Virus record (IMG/VR): IMGVR_UViG_3300033475_000097
Source: a virus
Direction: 5' to 3' (one strand)
DNA length: 36,942 nt
This document shows, piece by piece, positions 31,009 to 36,942 of this stretch (positions within the stretch are counted from its first letter, which is position 1; each line of letters begins with the position of its first letter). The notes under the pieces were generated by a model. It made no database searches. It was given only the letters and a program-made list of their open reading frames with translations, and had not been told where the DNA came from. A program made the translations under genes and the position numbers.

Positions 31009-31320
31009 GTGGACGAGCTTACAGGGGAGCTTGATCGTCTAGATGCAGCCATGGACCGTTTTGAACAAATGTCCAACAAACTGACCCAACCCATGAATGC
31101 AAGCAACGCCAATATCAACGTTAATGCAGGCGGCGTCGGGACTTGGCTGTGCTGCACGGCCTGCCTGATCATGCTATCGATGAACATGTTTTTGGGGTAC
31201 CTGTATATTGATCAGTCCCGCAAGATCGATCGATTACAGGATTGCATCAATGTGGTGCTCCAATGGGCTCCGCAACTGAAAGAGCTGGTCAATCAAACCG
31301 TAAAGGAAAACAAGCATTAA
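31009..31320 (+). CDS. Membrane protein, 103 aa, with a central TM.
   Basis: GTG start 6 nt after AAAGGAGG. TM segment WLCCTACLIMLSMNMFLGYLYI. Confidence 0.5.
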   Translation: MDELTGELDRLDAAMDRFEQMSNKLTQPMNASNANINVNAGGVGTWLCCTACLIMLSMNMFLGYLYIDQSRKIDRLQDCINVVLQWAPQLKELVNQTVKENKH

Positions 31321-31374
31321 TATTTTGAAAATTCTCCATGAATTACTTTTGACATCAACTTAGGAGTACGTGTC

Positions 31375-31569
31375 ATTTCAACTATTATTATCATTGGTGG
31401 TGGTCCCAAGCCTCAGGCTGTCACCATTCAGCAGAAAGGCAATGAAGTCCTGATCTATGACGAAGCGGGCGAGATTTTCGCCTCCGGCTTCACTGATGCA
31501 GACGATGCCCGCCGTTATCTGGCTGCCATTGCTCAGGACGTAAAACCGTCCGAGACGACTGAGGATTGA
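31375..31569 (+). CDS. Possible 64-aa ORF with no canonical start codon. An ATT at 31375 lies 8 nt after TAGGAG.
   Basis: The frame is open from 31342 to 31569 with protein-like sequence (GNEVLIYDEAGEIFASGFTDADDARRYLAAIAQ) but has no in-frame ATG/GTG/TTG. Confidence 0.3.
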   Translation: MSTIIIIGGGPKPQAVTIQQKGNEVLIYDEAGEIFASGFTDADDARRYLAAIAQDVKPSETTED

Positions 31570-31572
31570 CCC

Positions 31573-31911
31573 ATGGTCTGGCTACTCAAGATCAAGGGAT
31601 ACCTCATTGCCTTGGGTAGCCTCCTGCTTGCGCTCATAGGCACCTATCTATGGGCCAAGCACGCGGGAAAATCTCAGGGTTCTGAAGACCAGAAAGCCGC
31701 CGATGCCCAAGCTGCTGCCGATGCCATCAAACAACAGGTTGACACGCGAACCGATGTGGAGATGCAAGTCAATGACTTACCCAAACCCAAGTTCGATGTG
31801 CACGTCCCGCCTGATCTTCCCATCCCTCCATCGGAAGGCGCCCAGCAAGTGGGCACTGCTGATCCTGCTACCGCTGCTGGCAAGTTGCACGACTGGATGC
31901 GTCAAGACTGA
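31573..31911 (+). CDS. i-spanin (Rz-like), 112 aa.
   Basis: N-terminal TM (LIALGSLLLALIGTYLW), a periplasmic charged/coiled region with a Pro-rich linker, and an overlapping lipoprotein ORF in another reading frame. Confidence 0.65.
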   Translation: MVWLLKIKGYLIALGSLLLALIGTYLWAKHAGKSQGSEDQKAADAQAAADAIKQQVDTRTDVEMQVNDLPKPKFDVHVPPDLPIPPSEGAQQVGTADPATAAGKLHDWMRQD

Positions 31912-32026
31912 TCCGTGTATCGGATGGAAACCCATCATGGTATCCAGATACGACACTTTGACTGACCAAACCGCTCGCCAGATTCTGGCGCATGATGAGT
32001 ATTACAATCGGATGTGCTCAAGATGA
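31796..32026 (+). CDS. o-spanin (Rz1-like lipoprotein), about 76 aa precursor.
   Basis: In the frame of ORF 31703..32026. Signal peptide ending in the lipobox LLASC, a short mature peptide with further Cys, and overlap with the i-spanin 3' end. The start is uncertain (31796 or 31772). Confidence 0.6.
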   Translation: MCTSRLIFPSLHRKAPSKWALLILLPLLASCTTGCVKTDPCIGWKPIMVSRYDTLTDQTARQILAHDEYYNRMCSR

Positions 32027-32520
32027 GTAGTGGACGTCCCGTCGACGATGCCTTGTCGAGGAATCATATTGATGAGGCCATCAAAACCCTGGCATCGCAT
32101 GTCAGAGTTGAAGGGTCGCACTGGATTCCCTATCTCGGTGGCTATTCGAAAGATTGGTCGCAACAGCCTGAAGTGTATTTCGATGCCCGCTTGCCCGATA
32201 CCTTGAAAATGGGTAGTAAGGAGATGAGCATCAAGCGTTATCTGCTCATCCATGAGTGTGTCGAAAAGTCATTGATGGATGAACTCGGCCTGTCCTATGA
32301 AGTGGCACACGACTTTGCTACTAGCGCTGAGCGATCCGCCGTTGAGGCAGACGGATATAACTGGGCTGATTACACGCGCGCGCTTCAGCCATTCATCCAT
32401 GAGGCGGCACGACAACCTGAAGGCATGGATGCGCCACAGGATCTCGACTTAACACCCTATGAGCAGGAACATGCCAAAGAACTTTCCACGCTGGCATTGA
32501 ATGAGAAAAAGGCCCCGTGA
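32023..32520 (+). CDS. Hypothetical protein, 165 aa. The last gene of the late unit (moron position). Contains HECVE and AHDFATSAE motifs.
   Basis: ATGA overlap with the o-spanin stop. M4 of ORF 32014..32520. Confidence 0.65.
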   Translation: MSSGRPVDDALSRNHIDEAIKTLASHVRVEGSHWIPYLGGYSKDWSQQPEVYFDARLPDTLKMGSKEMSIKRYLLIHECVEKSLMDELGLSYEVAHDFATSAERSAVEADGYNWADYTRALQPFIHEAARQPEGMDAPQDLDLTPYEQEHAKELSTLALNEKKAP

Positions 32521-32535
32521 TGGGGCCTTTTGTTT
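32505..32535. terminator. Bidirectional rho-independent terminator: AAAAA-GGCCCC-GTGAT-GGGGCC-TTTTGTTT.
   Basis: Perfect 6-bp GC stem flanked by an A-run and a T-run. It sits between convergent stop codons (32518-32520 plus strand, 32534-32536 minus strand). Confidence 0.8.
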
Positions 32536-32779
32536 AACCGAAGTCGGCAAACTTCACCTGACGCTTCTTGTGCACATCACTGTATCGCCTCTGGATGGCT
32601 CGACCCTCCTTGCCGGTCTTGGCGATCATCTCCTTGATCGTGTAGATCGCGCCTTCCACTTTGAAGACTTGGCGACCAGCTGATACGCCTTTCTTGCGTG
32701 AGGCCATCTCGGCTTCTAGCCTTCGGTGACTGGAGTCGCGAGATATGGCGGTGTTGAAGATGGCTGGCTTGATGGTCAT
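32534..32779 (-). CDS. Hypothetical basic protein, 81 aa. The last gene of the leftward operon.
   Basis: ORF track entry. ATGA coupling to the upstream gene. Confidence 0.6.
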   Translation of the reverse strand: MTIKPAIFNTAISRDSSHRRLEAEMASRKKGVSAGRQVFKVEGAIYTIKEMIAKTGKEGRAIQRRYSDVHKKRQVKFADFG

Positions 32780-33327
32780 TTGTCGGCACCCCGCGCGGCC
32801 ATGGCGGCTGGTTTTGGCGTGACGTTGGCTAGCGCTATGAAGGCGTTACGAACTGAAGGAATGGCGCGATGCCATGCCTTGTTTTCCTCTTGTCCCCAAT
32901 GGATAGGATCACGCACGAGCAGATAGCCATCAGGAACCTTCAGCGCCTCATCGCCGGAGCGGGGAGGGTGGGCCAACGCAGCGAAAGCTCGCATGCGGTC
33001 GCACCAGATATGGAAGTCAGCCTTAGTCATGTACTTTCGGTTGCCTTCCCATCCAGCCTGAAGCGACAGACGCTCAACGTCGTCATCACTCATAAATGGC
33101 ATTTGGTTATCGCCTGGATTAACAATGCCACTCCACTCATTTCCGCACTCACCACCGCATTCTGATCGTCCACAACAGGACGTGACCAAAGCCTCCCCCT
33201 CCGCATGGGATGCAACGGCGGTGGGGCGGGTGTAACCAAGCTCGCGGCACTTTGATTCGAAGCAGTCATTGCATCGAAGGTCATCACATCCAAGGCAGGG
33301 CATCAGCTGGTCGTGGCTGTTAGTCAT
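32776..33327 (-). CDS. Cys-rich hypothetical protein, 183 aa (CLGCDDLRCNDC...SCCGRSECGGECG).
   Basis: M12 of ORF 32776..33360(-). ATGA overlap with the upstream stop. Confidence 0.65.
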   Translation of the reverse strand: MTNSHDQLMPCLGCDDLRCNDCFESKCRELGYTRPTAVASHAEGEALVTSCCGRSECGGECGNEWSGIVNPGDNQMPFMSDDDVERLSLQAGWEGNRKYMTKADFHIWCDRMRAFAALAHPPRSGDEALKVPDGYLLVRDPIHWGQEENKAWHRAIPSVRNAFIALANVTPKPAAMAARGADK

Positions 33328-33566
33328 ATCGGCATTTCCTCTTGACGCTGTTCGAACCAATCAGGGTCCAATTCGTACATTGTGCACGTCCCGTCTTGTT
33401 TCACCAGCGAATCGAGAATCTTCGTGGCCGTTTCGTTGTTGCAGGCGTCGTAGTTGTATAAGTACTTCACCAAGGCAATCGGACACGGTTGCTCGCCATA
33501 ACGGCAACGCATGCACTGCTCGTTGAATGTGTAGCCTTCGGAGCTGTTGGAGAAGTAGGCCATCAC
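33324..33566 (-). CDS. Cys-rich hypothetical protein, 80 aa (CMRCRYGEQPCP...).
   Basis: ORF track entry. GGGGAGGTGGAG SD and coupling to the upstream gene. Confidence 0.65.
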   Translation of the reverse strand: MMAYFSNSSEGYTFNEQCMRCRYGEQPCPIALVKYLYNYDACNNETATKILDSLVKQDGTCTMYELDPDWFEQRQEEMPI

Positions 33567-33868
33567 TCCACCTCCCCGCGCTGGCTGAGCATGGCTTGAT
33601 CTGCAATGGCGAGTGACTCATCGGCCTTCGCTTGCGTGACTATGCCAGCCGCAACAAGTGCATCGAATGCGAACGCCTTGCGGGCATCCTGCGCACCCTT
33701 GGCGAGATGGGCGTCGATGGCGTCGGCCATAGCCACCTGCTTGTTAAACTCATCGTTCCACAATTCCCATCGTTCACCATTTGGCGAACAAAGGGCGCGT
33801 CGTTCGGCGTTTTCACTTGCTACAACGCGATGCCAGTCCCGCACCTGCTCCAACGTCATTTTCGTCAT
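33563..33868 (-). CDS. Hypothetical protein, 101 aa.
   Basis: ORF track entry. ATGA overlap with AAGGAG SD. Confidence 0.65.
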   Translation of the reverse strand: MTKMTLEQVRDWHRVVASENAERRALCSPNGERWELWNDEFNKQVAMADAIDAHLAKGAQDARKAFAFDALVAAGIVTQAKADESLAIADQAMLSQRGEVE

Positions 33869-34146
33869 TGTCCCGGCTCCTTGAGGGCGGCATTGATGGC
33901 CGCATGCATTGCCATGGGGATGGCATAGCCTGCTAGCGAAGCCTGATGCTCATCGTAGGCATCGCAAGCTCGGCGAAGCATGGAATCGCTCACCCCCACG
34001 GTCTCATCGAGAATGGCGTCGAGCTCGTCGGCGCATTTGTCGTGTCCGTCCTCCAAGCCCTGCTTGTAGTCCTTATCAAACCCGACGTAATGAAGTGTTC
34101 GCCACCTATCGCACAACTCCCGCAGCCTCTGTTCGCGCGTGGTCAT
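33865..34146 (-). CDS. Hypothetical protein, 93 aa.
   Basis: ORF track entry. ATGA overlap with GGAGG SD inside the conserved junction. Confidence 0.65.
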   Translation of the reverse strand: MTTREQRLRELCDRWRTLHYVGFDKDYKQGLEDGHDKCADELDAILDETVGVSDSMLRRACDAYDEHQASLAGYAIPMAMHAAINAALKEPGQ

Positions 34147-34463
34147 GCCACGCCTCCGACGCGGGCGAGCAAAGCATATGCCTTTGTAGTTGCGGCATTA
34201 GCTTTAGCAACGGAATCCGTTGCGCATTCCTCACCGCAACACCCGATGCACCACGATTCGCGGCATTTGTTTCCGTCGCAATGCTCAAGCGTTTCGCTTA
34301 CTACGTAAGGAAGCACCTCATTAAGTGATTCTATTAGATCGGACATGGCCGCATGGATGATGGCCATATCAGATGCCTCATCATTTAGGCCAGCACATAT
34401 GTATGTCCTCTCAAATTTCCTTAGGATGTAAATCATATCCACATTATTCGACTCGGCGCTCAT
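34143..34463 (-). CDS. Cys-rich hypothetical protein, 106 aa (HCDGNKCRESWCIGCCGEEC...ALLARVGGVA).
   Basis: ORF track entry with an ATGA overlap. Confidence 0.65.
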   Translation of the reverse strand: MSAESNNVDMIYILRKFERTYICAGLNDEASDMAIIHAAMSDLIESLNEVLPYVVSETLEHCDGNKCRESWCIGCCGEECATDSVAKANAATTKAYALLARVGGVA

Positions 34464-34966
34464 CCCATTTCTCCCGACTTGCTCGACGCTTCGATCAGTT
34501 CATCACGCACGTACTTTTCATCCGGCACCCTCGCCGCTGGCAGGGATGTGGCGAAGGAATCGAGGGCGGCGCGTGTTGCGATCTCAACATCGGGAAGGAA
34601 GTCATCTTGATAATCGCCACCTGACGACCAGCCTTTGTTGCGCAAGTGCTCCGCTATGTCGCCAGCGATGGTATTGCTAAGCTCCGCCGTCACCACGCGA
34701 GGCGCGCTCGGATTTTTGGAACAGGCTTCGGCATATTCACGCTTTGTAATGCCTTGGCATCCGCAATCAACGCCATTGCAGCAGTAGAAATCATCATCGC
34801 TCGGCGTGGCGCGGGAGAGGATGGCGTCGATCTTGTGCAGTGCATAGGAATGCGCTTCTGCCACGTCGATCAATCCGTATTCAAGCGCAGCAAGGCGCTG
34901 CCTTTCGATCTGCTCGCGAGCCATATCAAACAACTCGCGCGGCACGCTGACGTGTTCGGTGGTCAT
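34460..34966 (-). CDS. Hypothetical protein, 168 aa, with an FYCCNGVDCGCQG motif.
   Basis: ORF track entry with an ATGA overlap. Confidence 0.65.
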   Translation of the reverse strand: MTTEHVSVPRELFDMAREQIERQRLAALEYGLIDVAEAHSYALHKIDAILSRATPSDDDFYCCNGVDCGCQGITKREYAEACSKNPSAPRVVTAELSNTIAGDIAEHLRNKGWSSGGDYQDDFLPDVEIATRAALDSFATSLPAARVPDEKYVRDELIEASSKSGEMG

Positions 34967-35259
34967 TCGTCGTCCTCCTTCGTATAGGCATCCTCAATAA
35001 AGCCATCGTGCCCCGCAACCTCATCCTCCGCATACATGCCCGGATGAAACGTGCAGTAATTCTCGCCGCCGACAATCTCATCATCATTGCGCACCAGTCG
35101 CACGCCGACGACGCCATACGTGTTCCCGTGCTCATTGAACACGGTCAGGTTGACCATGCTGTCACTCTGTACGCTGACGATGATGGCTGCGTGTTTCTGC
35201 GATGTGCTAGTGAAGTGTTTGCCCGTGAACAGGACAGGGAGGCCGACAAAAGGTTTCAT
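34963..35259 (-). CDS. Hypothetical protein, 98 aa, with an acidic C-terminus.
   Basis: ORF track entry. AAGGA upstream. Confidence 0.65.
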   Translation of the reverse strand: MKPFVGLPVLFTGKHFTSTSQKHAAIIVSVQSDSMVNLTVFNEHGNTYGVVGVRLVRNDDEIVGGENYCTFHPGMYAEDEVAGHDGFIEDAYTKEDDE

Positions 35260-35357
35260 GGTTCGATCCTTAAAAGTTGAAGGTGCCGGTTACGTTGTCC
35301 GGCGTCGCGCATGGCAGGGCGTCCCACATCCACGCTTGACCGTACCTGCCCCAGGAT

Positions 35358-35636
35358 TTAACTGCGTCGCGTCTCCCTGAAGACTGCCTCGATAGTATCG
35401 GCCAAAAGGCCAAGCTCGTCGGTCTTCATGATTCGCATCATCGTCTTGTCACCGTGAACACCTTGCGGACCCTGATGGCATGGCGGGCACAAAGGAAGCA
35501 CAAGGAAGTTACTTGCACGCTGGCTTTTACCTTGGCCTGCTCGGATGTGGTGAACGTGGACGCCATAGACGCCGCACGTTGCGCATGGAAGCTTGGCTAC
35601 CGCATCCATCCATGCCTTCTCTAGTTTGTTTGCCAC
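35358..35636 (-). CDS. Ref-like RecA-dependent HNH nuclease family protein, 92 aa.
   Basis: LPCATCG...VHVHHIRAGQGKSQRASNFLVLPLCPPCHQGPQGVHG matches the CxxC...HHxR..G.GQRAS...PLC..CH..G..H pattern of the P1 Ref / RecA_dep_nuc family (from memory). Confidence 0.75.
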   Translation of the reverse strand: MANKLEKAWMDAVAKLPCATCGVYGVHVHHIRAGQGKSQRASNFLVLPLCPPCHQGPQGVHGDKTMMRIMKTDELGLLADTIEAVFRETRRS

Positions 35637-36070
35637 GATTGCTCCGGGTCGGGAATGTAAATACCTTTCGATGCAGCGAACCGCTGGCAGAACTCGACAA
35701 AATCCGAGAATTGAGTTGTCGTTAGCTTTGATGGCTGACCGTTTTCATCTCGCGTCGTGGTGCGTCTAGGTACCACTTGGATACCGGATGGGAAATTGGG
35801 AGACTTCGGTACACGCTTTTCGACCCATCCAAAATGAGTGCCGCACAGGAACTCATGCACATCTTCCCCCTCATACCCCATGGCGTCACTCAGGATCTTG
35901 ATGACGACAGCCCAATGATAGTCGTTCTGCTTGTCAGTGCGAGGCTTACGATACCGTTCAATCGTCACCCTCCATTCCTTTTCCTCCGGCAGCTCAGAGA
36001 TGAAGGAAATGGCATTCGCCAAGACCCTTCCTCGATAGTCGCCTTTGGACAGGCGGAAGGTGGTTTTCAT
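35621..36070 (-). CDS. NinB/Orf-like recombination mediator (tentative), 149 aa.
   Basis: The RTDKQNDYHWAVV motif resembles the RSxxQNxxxW core of NinB-type proteins. It is adjacent to recT. Confidence 0.45.
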   Translation of the reverse strand: MKTTFRLSKGDYRGRVLANAISFISELPEEKEWRVTIERYRKPRTDKQNDYHWAVVIKILSDAMGYEGEDVHEFLCGTHFGWVEKRVPKSPNFPSGIQVVPRRTTTRDENGQPSKLTTTQFSDFVEFCQRFAASKGIYIPDPEQSWQTN

Positions 36071-36073
36071 GGC

Positions 36074-36892
36074 TTACTCAGCCTTGGGAAGCTTCGTCTT
36101 GATGACGTCGCGTTCGTGGGTGGTGAGTATTCCCCCTTTGGTCGGGGCTAGCCACAAGTCCTCCTGCGCCTTTACGGGAAGGCCGTACCAAATCTCTTTC
36201 ACCGAATACAGGTCGTCCGGGTCTTCGGTTTCATCCCAATGGGAAATCTTGTCTTTGATGGCCTGGATCGAAAGGCTGTACTGATCCGCGGCATCGTCAT
36301 GGCGACGCTTGCGGTCATCTTCTATAGTCACAGCTGGCACCATCTCGACCCTGTCATCCATGCGCTCGACTTCATCAGGCTCCATGATGCCAGCGAAGCT
36401 GAAGGCATAGCGAGCGGCCTGGATAGCGGCCTTGTGACGGAGCATGCGTGCTGGCCATTGCTTCCACGTATCGGTCGAACGGCGGCACTCGGCCATGTAT
36501 TCCGTGACCTCGATCGGATGCGTATGGTTCTTGCGGTGCATGCGGCACGTAATGGCGACTAGCCCACTCTCTCCGACTTGGTCAACAAAGGTCATGCCAT
36601 CGAAGTCAGGATGCGAGTTGATGAGCTTCATCCAACCGTCAATCGACACTACCGGCTGAATGCCTCCGCGTGACGTAAAGGCAAAGATTTCCTTGGTGAA
36701 TGGATTGAGGTTGTACTGCTTTGCAACCAGGCAGAATGCCGCCAACTGCTCATTGGTGACGTTGACATTCGAAGGCATAACCGTCGCTTTCACGGTCTGT
36801 ACGAAAGCCGCCTTATCCATGCCGTAGTGATTGGCCAGGGTTGCAAGCACGCCAACACCGGTCGATTCTTCATGCTTCACAATCGCGTTCAT
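36074..36892 (-). CDS. recT: RecT-family single-strand annealing recombinase, 272 aa.
   Basis: NEQLAAFCLVAKQYNLNPFTKEIFAF...GGIQPVVSIDGWMKLIN is the conserved RecT core. Its first 77 nt are duplicated at 1-77 by the contig overlap. Confidence 0.9.
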   Translation of the reverse strand: MNAIVKHEESTGVGVLATLANHYGMDKAAFVQTVKATVMPSNVNVTNEQLAAFCLVAKQYNLNPFTKEIFAFTSRGGIQPVVSIDGWMKLINSHPDFDGMTFVDQVGESGLVAITCRMHRKNHTHPIEVTEYMAECRRSTDTWKQWPARMLRHKAAIQAARYAFSFAGIMEPDEVERMDDRVEMVPAVTIEDDRKRRHDDAADQYSLSIQAIKDKISHWDETEDPDDLYSVKEIWYGLPVKAQEDLWLAPTKGGILTTHERDVIKTKLPKAE

Positions 36893-36942
36893 TCCATCCC
36901 CTCCCTAGCCCTTACCGGAGCCGTAGCCGTCGCCGTAGCCGT
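36816..36942. repeat. Second copy of the 127-nt terminal overlap, identical to 1-127.
   Basis: See the feature at 1-127. Confidence 0.95.

Noticed and set aside
31370-31569. A programmed frameshift joining the 27-codon GTG ORF (31370-31453) to the start-less ORF.
   Set aside because: There is no X_XXY_YYZ slippery heptamer or downstream structure in the overlap. The GTG is only 3 nt from the SD. This is kept only as a minor alternative in the finding.
35260-35357. A 98-nt gap in the leftward operon with mini-ORFs (19 and 24 codons) and a 6-bp stem with a 26-nt loop.
   Set aside because: The mini-ORFs have no SD and have odd composition. The stem-loop has no U-tract. Evidence is insufficient to call a gene, terminator or RNA.
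1-36942. A lysogeny module (integrase, excisionase, CI repressor, attP) or a dedicated defence/anti-defence operon of a known type (CBASS/Thoeris inhibitors, Ocr, Acr-Aca).
   Set aside because: No ORF shows tyrosine or serine recombinase motifs, a CI-like HTH-peptidase architecture, or motifs I recognise from known anti-defence families. Absence by eye is weak evidence, so many small early ORFs remain candidates.

Overview
The window appears to be one complete, circularly closed tailed-phage genome. Bases 1-127 are identical to 36816-36942, so the unique length is about 36,815 bp, and the break point falls inside recT. I saw no cellular flanks, tRNA, rRNA, CRISPR array, integrase or CI-type repressor.

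Architecture:
- Two divergent transcription units start back to back at about 3447-3582.
- The leftward (minus-strand) early operon runs 3446 down to 1, wraps to 36892, and continues down to 32534. It carries many small unknown genes, an 18-unit hexapeptide-repeat protein, a (Y/D/S)-Gly repeat mini-protein, recT, a NinB/Orf-like gene, a Ref-like HNH nuclease and a run of Cys-rich proteins.
- The rightward (plus-strand) unit runs 3583-32520. In order it carries:
  - a Cro-like HTH, a replication initiator with internal iterons, DnaB helicase, and DUF551-like and RusA genes;
  - small membrane proteins and small basic disordered proteins;
  - a 640-nt hairpin-rich non-coding gap;
  - TerS/TerL, a 790-aa portal, scaffold and major capsid;
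  - a pectate-lyase-type tailspike, tail and ejection proteins including a 949-aa SLT protein;
  - fibre genes, then an endolysin/holin/overlapped-spanin lysis cassette and a terminal moron.
- The two units converge on a bidirectional hairpin terminator at 32511-32527.

Most genes are translationally coupled through ATGA/GTGA overlaps.

All family names come from motifs I recognised by eye in the translations. No searches were run. ORF starts were refined by hand from overlap and Shine-Dalgarno (SD) context.

The items I consider most worth follow-up:
- the acidic Gly-Tyr-Asp repeat ORF sitting directly upstream of recT;
- the near-perfect 18 x 18-nt coding array;
- the large structured non-coding region upstream of terS;
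- the iteron/polypurine origin inside the replication gene;
- the cluster of mini membrane proteins and disordered basic proteins;
- an AT-rich island holding an ORF with no canonical start codon.
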